A DNA stretch of 63,985 bases, filler included, from Trichomonas gallinae (taxonomy: Eukaryota): assembly GCA_008369845.1 (NCBI GenBank). It is 7 parts of 7 records of this genome, joined end to end, with 100 filler letters (N's around TTAATTAATTAA, not from the genome) between each part and the next. Parts side by side here need not be neighbours in the genome. Positions count along the whole stretch, not along the records: positions 13,591 to 36,113 come from MRSU01000950.1; positions 36,214 to 38,347 come from MRSU01000952.1; positions 38,448 to 55,968 come from MRSU01000954.1; 4 more parts are not named here. One strand, written 5' to 3'. Position numbers and translations under genes: made by a program. Below the pieces are notes generated by a model, which had not been told where the DNA came from, searched no databases, and was given only the letters and a program-made list of their open reading frames with translations. This document shows, piece after piece, positions 34,204 to 45,980 of this stretch; the first letter of the stretch is position 1, and each line of letters begins with the position of its first letter.

Positions 34204-35703
34204 ATGCAGCACGTCGATTCCATTATTGTTGATTCAGAAGTAGTTGGAAGTGATGGGGCTGTAAATAGGAGGAAAATTTTATATGAATTTCATATTAAAA
34301 ACAGCGGTGGGTCAGTCACAGGCGATTTTATTTTGCAAATCACTGATCCTGTTGATCCAAGTTTTCTTTTTGATATGACTATGCCTTCAGGTAGTTTTGC
34401 TAAAATCAAATCCGAACTTAATTTGCTTTGCGAATTTATCGATTTCCCAAAAAGTTTTCATAAATTACTTTCAAATTGCAATACGCAAGGAAACTGGCAG
34501 CTTATCATCGATTCTAAGTCTTTTGATACGCCGATGCTCGTTATTAGAGAAAGAACTGAATTTAATATTATCAACCATTTGAAATTACCGATAGTGCTCG
34601 CATCAGACTCACGTCTTAATGAATATCTAACGACAGAAGTTAAAAAATACAAGTTTTTAGCCGAACAAAACGCAAAGAAAGCTGAACAATTAGAATTGAA
34701 TGTTCAAAAGACAAGTTTACAGTCTGAAACCATGACTAAACAACTAGAACAAACATACAAAGATCAAATTGAAGAAATATCAAATGCAAAAAATCAAATT
34801 GTTCAAGAATATGAATCTAAACTGAGATTAATGAAAAGCCAGTACAACAACGAGTTAAAAAACATAGATGAAAAGAATAAACAGCAATATCAACAAATAG
34901 TTCAACAATATGAAGAAAAAATAAAAACAGCCCTTAGCGAAAACAAAGAACTTAAAGACTCTAAGTATGAACTCAACGCAACTATTGCTAAATACACAGA
35001 AAGAGTGCAGCTCTTAGAGTCACAGGTAAATGAGCTCAAGCAAGATATTCAGCGCAAAGAAGAAGATGGAAAGCAATTCAACACAACCCTACTTCAAACA
35101 ACGCATAATGAGGCGACATTAAAATCGATGAATTCCAATCTTCTTAGCGAAAACAATCAGTTAAAGCAGCAAATAGAGAGTATAACAAAGCAAAATAATC
35201 AGTATATTAACCAATTACGCTCAGTAATGAACGAAAACGTCGCAAAAGACAAAGAAATAGAAAGCTTGACTAAAAATGTTGAAAATCTTTCTAAAGAAGT
35301 CTCTCAGTTCGATCTCGTGAAAGCGAAATGCAAGGAGGTCATTGAGCGCTATCTCATGCAGAACAATGAACTCAAAGAGCAGTACAATGAGCTATACAAT
35401 GATTTCCAGAAAGACGAAGAATATATCAGCGAGCTTCGCCAAAACCTCGAATCAGGCAGCATGATATTGAACGAGTACAAAGCGAAGATCAAAGAATTGA
35501 GTGAGAAAAATGATGAATTGACAATCGAAGTCAAAGAGCTCGAGAATAGTCTGCATATTTCTGAGAGCACAATTAAAACTTTAGAGCTTCAACTGGAACA
35601 GAAAACTTCAATTTCTATTGGAAGTAAATCACCAAGAACGCAAATAGCAATTGATGGCGACATAAATCAAAGCGGTTCATCATTTTGGAGTTGCTTGAAT
35701 TAG
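34204..35703 (+). CDS. SAS6: Centriolar cartwheel protein SAS-6
   Basis: Head domain ITDPVDPSFLF...FAKIKSELNLLCEFIDFP (PISA motif), EFNIINHLKL...ASDSRLNEYL, then about 320 aa of coiled coil. Confidence 0.88.
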   Translation: MQHVDSIIVDSEVVGSDGAVNRRKILYEFHIKNSGGSVTGDFILQITDPVDPSFLFDMTMPSGSFAKIKSELNLLCEFIDFPKSFHKLLSNCNTQGNWQLIIDSKSFDTPMLVIRERTEFNIINHLKLPIVLASDSRLNEYLTTEVKKYKFLAEQNAKKAEQLELNVQKTSLQSETMTKQLEQTYKDQIEEISNAKNQIVQEYESKLRLMKSQYNNELKNIDEKNKQQYQQIVQQYEEKIKTALSENKELKDSKYELNATIAKYTERVQLLESQVNELKQDIQRKEEDGKQFNTTLLQTTHNEATLKSMNSNLLSENNQLKQQIESITKQNNQYINQLRSVMNENVAKDKEIESLTKNVENLSKEVSQFDLVKAKCKEVIERYLMQNNELKEQYNELYNDFQKDEEYISELRQNLESGSMILNEYKAKIKELSEKNDELTIEVKELENSLHISESTIKTLELQLEQKTSISIGSKSPRTQIAIDGDINQSGSSFWSCLN

Positions 35704-36113
35704 TTATATCTAATAAATTAATGTTTGTATTTTTCTATATCAAAAATTTTATTTATACCAGTATATTGTGTACACAGTGTAACCATTTTGCAACACTTTA
35801 AGCATAGGTATTAGGAAAAAGTTCTATTGTTACAAGATTATTAGCTACTGGGGAAAATGATGATGTTTGAGAAGATAATTTAAGATTAAAAAAGTTTATG
35901 CGAATACTCCATGAAAATTTTTTCGAAGTTCAAATATTTCATATGTTTTTTGTTATCCCGAACGCAATTTAAGGCTGCATCATTGGCATTAGCTATACGT
36001 TGTGTCTATCGCAGGAATTATGAGAAGGAGTTTGACAACTTCATGATGACCATTATATGAAGCTCTAATCAAAGCTGTATTGTTTTTTTTTTTTTTTTTT
36101 TTTTTTTTTTGTG

Positions 36114-36213
36114 NNNNNNNNNNNNNNNNNNNNNNNNNNNNNNNNNNNNNNNNNNNNTTAATTAATTAANNNNNNNNNNNNNNNNNNNNNNNNNNNNNNN
36201 NNNNNNNNNNNNN
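36114..36213. other. Assembly spacer
   Basis: N44-TTAATTAATTAA-N44. Confidence 0.99.
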
Positions 36214-37666
36214 ATGGCTTCGTAGTGTTGCCTGGCATGAATGAACCAATATCGGTAGCAGCAGCGTTTTGGTCGTTCCACATTGCCTGAACAGTGACGT
36301 TGGTGTTATCATTGGAATCTGAACCTTCGCCAAAGATGACAATCTTCTGTCCTGGGAGAACTCGACGATATGAGGTGTAAAGTTTATTCAATGTTGGTGC
36401 TGGTGGATATTTCAATGTAAATTTATACCAATGTCTATCCTCGGCATAATTGGACATCGTCTGGCCAATAGTATCGACTGCCCATACTCTGAGTTTGTGT
36501 TCTCCTGGTCCCAAGCCTGTTGTTGGGAATGAGGCATTGAAATTAGCTGATCCGCTTGGAGCAGTTGTGTAATTTTGGTAGAATTTTGCCTCGCCATCAT
36601 CCCAACTATACATAAGTGAGACTTTAACTTCATCAGATACTGTACCCCAAACATGATAGACATCACCTAAAAAGCCAGTTTCGCCAGCTGGATATCTACC
36701 GCCAAATGATATTCCGGGTTTATTGGTATTTTTATGGACCATTGGTATAGCGAGCTCTGTAGATTTTTTATTTACGGAATTTTTAACCGTTATGGCACAC
36801 GGTTGTATTTGTTGATTTTCGTCATAATGACCTGGTAACGTGAAGACCTTATTTAATACTATATCGCTAGGTTGAAGACCATGTTCCAAGGCTGGGCATT
36901 TACTGGTTTCAAACTCAATTTTGCCGTCATCGTAGCTTGTAACGTTGAGCGTGAGATTGAAGTTTGGATCATATTTGTTGAATTCGTTCGGTGGAATTAC
37001 TTTAACAAATGGTGCTCTATCGCACTGATCTCCCACGTGGATTTCAAAAGTTCCTGCGTAATATTCCATGAATGGAACCATTTTGGGGAGATCCCATCCG
37101 ATAGAAACAGTATTATTTGTAGAAGAATCGACTTCGGATATTCCGTTGAGCTCCCAGAATGGGAAATACCATAAGTTTTGGTAGGTAGTAGTTTTGCCAA
37201 TGTAAACTAGATCGGGATCTCTATCTTGTCCCTTGATGACAAGGCAATGTTTGGTTCCTGTTTTAGTATTGTTTGCAACAATAACACTGTTGTGTTTGAT
37301 CAACTTCAATTCAGTATCAGTGTACTCAGTCCAAAATGCAAACTGTACATTCTTTTTCTGGTTTGTTTTCAAGAAAAATTTATATTTATGTAACTGTTCT
37401 GATTCATGTTGTTCCTCCCATCTCAGCCAGAAATCTGAATAGCCACCTGTCCACTGATGAGAACTTCTGAGAATATGACGTGGGGAAGCATCAAGATTTG
37501 AATGATTATCTAAAAACATTAGTCTAAATGGCTGGCTTGATATAAAGGATTTGGTTCCATTGTCGAAATTGTAATTATAATCCCATGTAAAAAAATCATC
37601 CTTTTGTCTACTTTTGTTGTTTATAATAGTGTCTGATAAAGAGAGACAGCTAAATAGAGCGAACAT
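36214..37666 (-). CDS. Bap-like surface protein with Ig/cadherin-like repeats, 3' part lost in gap
   Basis: Signal MFALFSCLSLS; beta-sandwich motifs VWGTVSD, GEHKLRVWAVDTIG, GEGSDSND. Confidence 0.8.
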
Positions 37667-38022
37667 GATAATTTTTGTGAAATAAATTGAATCTCTGAAA
37701 ACTGACGAAAAATTGAAAGCAAATGGTTTCACTTATTGCATATGATACGATTCGTGTTTTGCGACTAAAAAAAAAAAGAATGATAAATGTTTAAAAAAGA
37801 GCTTAAGTCATAATAAAACTAGGATAAAACTATAATTATGCAGAAGATAAATGTAAATTATTCAAAATCGTCATCATGTCTAATTCAATAACTAATAGAT
37901 TATTTCCTCGATTTTTTTTTTTCAATATTATCAAAAAAAAATAAACTATCTCTGACAAGTAAAAAATGCAATCGTTTGGCATGTAGGACATCTGTGAAAG
38001 AATTAGAGTCAAGAATGAAATT

Positions 38023-38046
38023 ATTTTCTGAAGATCTTCAGAAAAT
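38023..38046. repeat. Perfect 24-bp palindrome
   Basis: ATTTTCTGAAGA|TCTTCAGAAAAT with no loop. Confidence 0.95.
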
Positions 38047-38105
38047 TTTTTGACTATAGTAATTTATTGATATACATCTATATATCTTCCCCAACAAAAT
38101 TATAA

Positions 38106-38347
38106 AATCTTGATCCATTCAATTTTTCAAACTTGTTCAAATGCAGGAACGCCGTTTTAATAATTGGATGGAACAAGATTGGCGATTTTCAGTAAGACTT
38201 TTGAGAGAATTGAGCTTCGCTCAATTCTCTCAAAAGTCTTACTGAAAATCGCAAAAATTCATAAATAAAAAATCTTGATCCATTCAATTTTTCAAACTTG
38301 TTCAAATGCAGGAACACCGTTTGAATAATTGAATGGAACAAGATTGG
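38106..38347. repeat. Tandem 165-bp unit made of two long hairpins, running into the gap
   Basis: Hairpin A (27-bp imperfect arms) at 38106-38180 and again at 38271-38345. Hairpin B at 38182-38252 has perfect 34-bp arms and a 3-nt loop. Confidence 0.92.
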
Positions 38348-38447
38348 NNNNNNNNNNNNNNNNNNNNNNNNNNNNNNNNNNNNNNNNNNNNTTAATTAAT
38401 TAANNNNNNNNNNNNNNNNNNNNNNNNNNNNNNNNNNNNNNNNNNNN
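38348..38447. other. Assembly spacer
   Basis: N44-TTAATTAATTAA-N44. Confidence 0.99.
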
Positions 38448-41400
38448 GCGGTGGTGAAGATGGACCAGCAGCTGATTGAGAAATATTCTGTGGCAGTTGC
38501 TTGTCATTCTGAACAGCACCACCAATTAAACCGGTAAGTGTAGGAGCAGCAACAGAGGAGGCACCTGCTGCGATTGGAGCTGCATTGTTTGCTTCTGGTG
38601 ATTTGCCATCTGACTTTGGAGCATCCTTTCCTGCAACTGGAGGTTGAGCACCATTTGATTGTTCATTTACAGTTTGTGGAAGAGACTTATCATCAGTATT
38701 TGATGTTTCTTCGTTTTGTGGATGAGACTGCTGAATTGGTTGTGAAGTCAATGGCTGATTATGAGAATCAGAAACTGTTGGTTTGCCTGGTTGAGTTTCA
38801 TGTGTCGTTGACTGGTTGTCTGATTTGTTAGCTGTCTTGTCTCCTGGTTTGTTCTCTGATTGTGGTTGTGAATCATTCTGTTCTGGTTGATGACCTGGCA
38901 GAGCAATTGCTGGTGTCAGCTGTGATGAAGCAGGTGGTATAACAGGCTGTCCTGGTTGTTGTGACTGTGAGGTCATTGGCTGATTTGGTGTAATAGCAAT
39001 GTTCTTATCATTGGCTGTAGGTTGTCCCTGTGAAGTTGAAGGAGATTGGCTGTCGGATTTTTGTGGATTAACAATACCACCAAGAAGTCCACTCATTGGC
39101 TTGTCTTGGTTTTCAGAAGTTTGTTGTTGCTGCTTCAGATCTGAAGCGGTTTGAGGCTGGTTTCTGTCAACAACATTTTGTGATTGTGAAGGAGCATCAC
39201 CAGAAATTGGCTGAGGATGCTGGCTGTCAGATGGATGTTGTGATGATGCAGACTCTGTTGGACCTTCTCCCGACTGTGAAATCTCGCTCGGATGATGATG
39301 GTGGTGATGATGTTTTGGCGATTTCTCTGAAGATTGTTGCTGGGCTTCTGAGGCAGATGTTGAGTATTCAACTGTTGCAAATTGCGATGGTTCGCTGATT
39401 CCAGCTGGATCTGCGAAAGTCTTTTGCGGTGTTTCGATGATAACCTGCGAAGATCCTCCAGCGGGATGTGCATTCTGGTGAGGTTGAGCAACATTGGACT
39501 GCGATGGATTCTGCTGACCTTGTACAGCATCTGAAATGAAGCCAGACAAAGTTGGCGAAGAATTGTTTATTGTCTGTGATTTATCAGTGACTTGACCTGG
39601 CTGATTCTCTGGCAAAACCTGTTGTTGGTTGTTTCCTTGCAGCTGCTTCGATGAATCAACATTTTGCTGTGCATATGGTTGATTATTGTTAACTATTCCT
39701 GAAATTGGAGTAGAACCAGCAGATCCAGCAATACTTGGACTGATTCCATGCTGCTGGTTAAGTGGAGCAGCGAGAGAAGTATTGACTGGACCTTGCTGTG
39801 TGGTTGGATCGGAAGATTGTGGCTGATTGTTAACAAAATATTGCTGCTGAGATACTGGCTGATTATTGTTGACAACTCCTGGTAAAAGTGGAGCAACACC
39901 AGGAACTGATGAAGCATTGTTTGCGCTTTCTGGAGAGTGTTGTTGCTTTGATTGATCAGATGGTTGTTGTGGAAGCTGTTTGTTATCAGAATTTCCAGCA
40001 ATATTTGGATTTGTTGCATTTTGTTGTGGGAGCGGAGCAGCTGTTAGATCAGGGTAGTGCTGTTGCTGCTGTGCGGCTGGTTGGTTATTATTATTAACAA
40101 CGCCTGCTAAGAGTGGAGCAAGTGGGCCAGCTGTGGAAGAACCGTTGCTTGCATTCTGTGGGCCTTGTTGCTGGTTGTTCATCTGTGGCTGCTTTGAAGG
40201 GTCAACATTTTGCTGATATTGCTGTGGCTGCTGCTGGCTATTATTAACAGCACCAGCTGTTGGTGGAGCATTAGTGGCATTTGATGGTGCATCATTTCCA
40301 TTAATTGACTGTGGCTTGTTTGAATCTGTTTGATTTTGTTGTTGAGATTGATAATTCTGCAGTTGAGATCCACTTTGTGGGTGCTTTGATGGATCGATAA
40401 ACTGTTGTTGTTGTGGTGAACCAACCTGAGACTGAGAGAATGACTGTTGTTGTGGTGAACCAACTTGTGATTGTGGGAATGATTGTTGTTGTGGTAATCC
40501 AGCTTGTGACTGAGGGAAGGATTGCTGCTGTGGAGATCCAGTTTGAGGGTGTTGATTAGCATTGACAACGTCGCCCAAAAGTCCTGCTAATGGTGGAGCA
40601 GTTGATGTGCTCTCAGGTATTTGTTGCTTGGAAGGATCACTTGAAGGCTGTTGTTGTTGAGAATGTATCTGTTGATCGTTTGGCTGTTTGGAAGGATCTG
40701 ACATATTCTGTTGCTGAGAAGATGTTGCTTGTGGATGCTGTGCACTTACTGCACCATTAACGAGCTCTGTCAACGAGTTCGGAGCCTCTGTCTTGTTTGC
40801 ATCAGGTTGATTCGGTTGCTGAGACTGCTGCTGAGGAGAAGCTTGTTTTGATGGATCAATAGGTTGTGATGGCTGCTTCGACTGATCATCAGTCTGTTGC
40901 TCAGGTGGGATCTTTGATGGATCAGAAATTTGTTGAGAATTCGTGCTAATTACACCTTCGATAAGACCTGTGAGCGCAGGAGCCCCATTTGAAGCTGGTT
41001 TGTCTGATGCTAAATGAGGAATTGATTGTTGATTGGATGGGGATGATTTGTTTTCGAAATCTCTGTCCATTGGCTTCTCTTCCTTCTTGTTACCATCAGC
41101 AACAGAAGTGAGAATATTTGAAAGCATATTTTGAGGCACTGTGTCTTCCTTCGGCTTTGGCTGATTTTCGTTATTCTGCTGAGTTGGTTTCTCACCTGAT
41201 GGATTTGTTTGTGGGGATGTTGCATTATTTGGCAACTTCTGTTCTTCTTGTTTTGATGATGTTGAGGATTTTCCTTGTTCCAGTTTGTCTGCTGGTTTCT
41301 TTTCTTCTGTTTTTGTATCTGGGAGTGCCACACCTGTTAACAAATCTAATAGCGTTGGCTCATTCTTTGTTGCATTTGGTGTTGTTACAGCTGTACTTTG

Positions 41401-44259
41401 TTTCGGTGCATCATTCTTAGTCACACTTTGATTTGGTGCATCAACCTTGGCTGGATTTTGATTTGGTGAATCATTCTTAGCTGCATTTTGATTTGTTGTA
41501 TCATTATTTGCTATGTTTTGTGGAGTCTTTTCTTCTGGCTTCTTAAACAAATCGAATAATGTTGGTGGAGCGTTTTCATCTTTCTTTTCATTAGATGGTG
41601 TTGCTAATTCAGCTAATGGACCTGCAGAGCCTTGTTTCTCTATTGGCTGATTATTATCTTTATTATCTCCCGGTTTAGAGTTATTAGTAGAAGTTTGTTG
41701 ATTGTTGTTAGTTGGCTGATTATTATCTGTTGGCTTCTGTTGTTTGTTTGCAGGAATTTGAGGAGAAGGATGTGGAGATTCCATGATTGGGTCAAATACT
41801 GTGCTTGGCTGTGTCTCTTTCTCGGGTGACAAATTCTTAGCTGGTGATGAAGAAGCAGATGAAAGAGAAGAAATCGGAGCAATCGAAGTTGAAGAACGAG
41901 AAATTGCTCTGTTAATTCCATCTTTCTTCATGCTCAGAAGTGAAATTGGAGCCTGCTGTTCTTCTGTGACAACTTGCTCCTCCTTTGTTGGTGATTTGTT
42001 GTTTAAGTTTGAGATAAAGCCCATTCCTATAATTGGCGGAACTTTGTTTGGTGTCTTAGGAGATCTTGCAGATGAAATTTGCTTCTTTTCGTTGTTATTG
42101 TTGTCGCTGTTGTTTAACAAGCCAGCGAGCGAAGGAATAGCAGGCTTTGCTGGTGTCTGTGAGTGTCTCAACGAGTTCTGAGATTCATATTTGGGTAGTG
42201 TGGCATTGTTATGTACATTGTTTTGCTGATTATTTGCTTGTTTGACTGGCCGAGGTGTTGATTTATCATTATTGTCATTATTTTGCTTTTCTTTATCAAC
42301 AGCATCAGCAACCATCTCAGATAATGGTTTATTATTGTCTTTTTCTGCATTCTCTGATGGTTTCCTCGAAGAATTGTTTTCTGGAATATTTTCATCCTTT
42401 GGAACATTAATTCTTGGTGTTGTATTTATTGCTGAATTCTGTTTGGAATCTACATTTTCCCTTGCTGAATTTTGCTTTGATAGAGTTTGTTCATTTTCGT
42501 TATCATTAGGATTGGATGGATCAAATCTGTCTGGTGTAATTGTAGGGAAAACACCTTTATCATTACTCACACGCTGTCTCCTCCTCTTCTTCTGTGACCT
42601 GTCTGATTGTGGAGAAGAACCGGGTTCGTTTTGGCTTCTCTGGCTTTGCGGCGCTGACCCTTCTTCATCTGCTTCATCGACTTTCACCAGTGGACCGTTA
42701 TTATTATTACCATTGGCCTTGTCTAGCACATTCAGCACGTTCTCGAATCTCTCCTTAGTAGAGAAGTGGAGTTCATCATCGTTCTCTTCATCAAGATGAA
42801 TTTTGTCTGACGTCAAAGCTCCGTCCGTCCTGAAACTCCTCGAACTTTCATCCTGGTCCTTCAGCTGCTGATCATTCGTCTTGTTGACAAGCTGCTGTAT
42901 CGGTGGCTTCTTGCCGAGCGGTGAGTAGCCTTTAGTGATGACGTTCTTCTGAGATGCTGGAATTTTCGGTTCATTTGCTTCTTCTTCTTCGCCGTCTGAT
43001 ATAGAAGAGGACTCTTCGATATAAAATTCTTGAGGAGAAGTAAGCAATGAGCCGTTATCCATCTTCTTTTGTTGGGGATGCTGTAAATCATTCGATGCAT
43101 TCGAATCATTTTCATTTTTAATTTTAATTGATGATTTTCTTGCACTCTTTTGATCACTATTCTGCGACAGGTCAGGAATTTCACTGATTTCATGCGGTGA
43201 AACTTCTGTTTCATTTTGATGATTATTTTCTGGAAATGTTTCTTGTTTACGCTGGCTTGATTTATTTCTAGTAGGGGTATATATCTGATTTTGTCTAACC
43301 GGTGAATTTCTTGATTTATTGGATCTATTCGAATTTAATTCCTTATTTGCTGATTTCTCTGGTGGATTATCATTTGGGAGCTCTAGGAGGACGTCTTGGT
43401 TGATACTATCTTCTTTATTATTTGTTTTTTCCATACGTTTATTTTCAATTTCAGACATAGTAAATCCATCATTTTCAGATTCATTTTGTTTCTTGTACTG
43501 ATCAGTAGGATCGATTTCGGTTGCTTTATCATGTGAAATTCTTTGATTTGGAGTTGTTTTTGGTCTACTTGGAGAATTAGTCTGTAAAACTGGTAAACCT
43601 TGCGTTGCACTACCTGTAGAGTAAATCTTAATATCTGGTTGGTCAATAGGTTCATCATAACCGACGAGAATTTCTGCCTCATTATATTCGAACGCAATTT
43701 TATTCGGTTTCGTATTATGCTTAGGTAATTTAGTGGTTCTAACTGGGGTGTATGCTTCAGATCTGTTAGGTGTAGATTCGTTAGATGCGTTTGCACGTTT
43801 AATTTTCAATCTCTCCGGTGAATTAGCTCTACTATTGTTTGGTGATGCTCTAGGTTTGTTTTGCGTCAGGAAAACACGCGATGTTAAACCTGATTCATTC
43901 AAATTTCCTAGCTCGCATTCGAAAGGTGGACGTTTTTGCATTTTCTTTCGCGTAGCATTCTCCTTCGCTATAAATTCCTGCGTGCTCATCTCCTTAGATT
44001 TTGGAGATTTAGGTGATAACAATAAATTCGATTCAAACTTCTCATTTCCTATCATACTGTACAAGTGGTTCGCTTTTTGAATTGCATTAATCTTTTCTGT
44101 ATATGCTGTGTTGCGATATTGTTCAATATGTGGCGTTATGTCTGTTTGCATCTGTATATCCGATTGAATAGCATTTAGTCGTTGAATGTGACGTGAATAG
44201 GCCCTCTCCTGCTGCCTTAACTCGACATGAACGTTAAGAGCGCGATCGGGCCTCCTCAT
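38448..44259 (-). CDS. Very large Q/S/P/N-rich intrinsically disordered protein (>1,930 aa), 3' part lost in gap
   Basis: Uninterrupted 5.8-kb frame, helical N-terminus, low-complexity body. AAAGTGAC motif upstream (44311-44318, minus strand). Confidence 0.9.
40403..40540 (-). repeat. Coding minisatellite, 36-bp unit (GSPQQQSFPQSQ-like), about 3.5 copies
   Basis: GSPQQQSFPQSQA GLPQQQSFPQSQV GSPQQQSFSQSQV GSPQQQ in the translation. Confidence 0.85.
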
Positions 44260-44392
44260 AACGGATCTTTTATATTTCCGCTGTCACACCCGTAAAATTC
44301 TCTCAATTTTGTCACTTTTTGAAATTTTAGGCTTTACATTGTCAGATAACGTGTTTTTTACATCTCAAATTGAGAGGGAAAAATGATGATGG

Positions 44393-44640
44393 AATTTTAC
44401 AATGTCATATTTTTATTTATCCATACATAATATAACCAGCAATAATAGATATTCTGGAAATCGTTTGACAACGAGATAACTTGCACCGTACAGCACCTGT
44501 TGTCAAAAAAATAAAATATGACATTGTAAAATTTTACATTGTCATATTTATGGAAGTTTTATAAAGCTCCAGCAATATTGGATATTCGGGAATCTGTTTG
44601 GCAGCATGTATATTTATTCTGTGCTGATGCTGCTGTTAAG
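44393..44640. repeat. Tandemly duplicated foldback/MITE-like element
   Basis: 21-bp perfect inverted repeat 44393-44413 / 44513-44533 enclosing two inner hairpins. A diverged second copy starts at about 44531. Confidence 0.75.
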
Positions 44641-44897
44641 TTATCAAACAATTTCTAGAATTTCGTTGTTTGATAAGTCAACGTAAGTATTTTACACATA
44701 TGTGTGATTCCGACTGTATTTGCAAATTAATTTGATGGAAATTGCCAAAGAAACTGGGAAAAATTCAATCAAAGTTGTGAAGACTTTCATCTTGAAGCCA
44801 AATTTGTGTATTGAATTTCTAACATGGAATATATCATAATGATGTAAATTTATATGTAAAAATACATATGATGGGAGAGTTTCTAAAAAATTGTCTA

Positions 44898-45605
44898 TTA
44901 TGCATATCTTTTTCGTTTGTGGCTGTTAGACTTTTTGAAAACATTATCTTCTGAGTTGGATTGGACCCTGCTTAAATATGTTTTAAGAGCATAAAACGTA
45001 TCTGATTTAATTGTAAGTAAATCGATAAATGAATCAGATGATGACTCTTCTGTAGGATTTTCTAATGTGCGGAGTAGATTATCAACGACAGCTAACTGTT
45101 TTTCATCTAAATTTTTGAGTATTTGATTTTTCATGGCAAATAGCTCCATTTTATCAGTAGATGCGGGATTGTTTAGTTTTTTCATAGACTCTACAATTGA
45201 TGGATCGAGTGATTTTAGATTTGATATTTTCTCTATCAAAGTAAGATATTTTGCTGACCATTTTTCTATCCATTGTTCAGGAGTAATTGGCTCAATAGAG
45301 TTCACTTCATTTAGAACTTTTTTTTTAAGATATTTTATTGATTTTTTCTCGATTTTTGTAATATCTTGGGTTTCCATCAGCGTAGTGAAGAACTTTACGA
45401 ATTCTTCTTTAAACATCTTAAAGTTTTTATATGAATTTTGAATCAATTTCGAATTGATTGATTGAAAAAACTGTCCATCCATGTTTTCACCGGCAAATTT
45501 ACTGCTCTCTGTGAAGTATAAGAACAAACTATTGCTTTCGAGTTTATTCATTAACTCGCGACACTGAGAAATCTGTCGCAAATTCATTATAATTGCATTT
45601 GACAT
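44898..45605 (-). CDS. Degenerate bromodomain plus extra-terminal (ET)-like domain protein
   Basis: SLFLYF...FQSINSKLIQNSYKNFKMFKEEF (bromodomain-like); LDEKQLAVVDNLLR...IDLLTIKSDTFYALKTYL (ET-like). Confidence 0.7.
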   Translation of the reverse strand: MSNAIIMNLRQISQCRELMNKLESNSLFLYFTESSKFAGENMDGQFFQSINSKLIQNSYKNFKMFKEEFVKFFTTLMETQDITKIEKKSIKYLKKKVLNEVNSIEPITPEQWIEKWSAKYLTLIEKISNLKSLDPSIVESMKKLNNPASTDKMELFAMKNQILKNLDEKQLAVVDNLLRTLENPTEESSSDSFIDLLTIKSDTFYALKTYLSRVQSNSEDNVFKKSNSHKRKRYA

Positions 45606-45980
45606 TTTTTATTTCTTTACTTTCGGAAAAAGATTTTTATTTTGATCAATTGGACATAAATGGGGAAAAGAAGTGGAATTTTGGAATTCTAAATAATAAA
45701 ATGTAGAATATAATACATAATATACATTATTCACTTAATTACATTGGAAAAGTGTATTAATTGAACGAAAAAAAAACTATATCGAATAATATGAATGCAT
45801 TTTAAATTAGAGTTAGTATAGTAAATTAACACCAGTGATAGTCAACAAACTTGGATATTTTATTTCAAATATTTTATTCCTCAAGAAATTTCATGGACTT
45901 TGTATGGGAAGTTCATTCTATTGTTAAAAAAGAATTATAAAAACAGAATAAAATCGTTGAGACCAAAATTAACCTTATTA

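Noticed and set aside
34143..34209. Possible short intron or upstream exon at the SAS-6 start (GTACGT...ACTAAT...CAG; initiator plus ATG at 34143)
   Set aside because: The upstream frame stops at 34178 before the GTACGT donor, the alternative donor GTGACA is non-consensus, the branch-to-AG spacing does not fit the trichomonad pattern, and the ATG at 34204 already gives a complete head domain.
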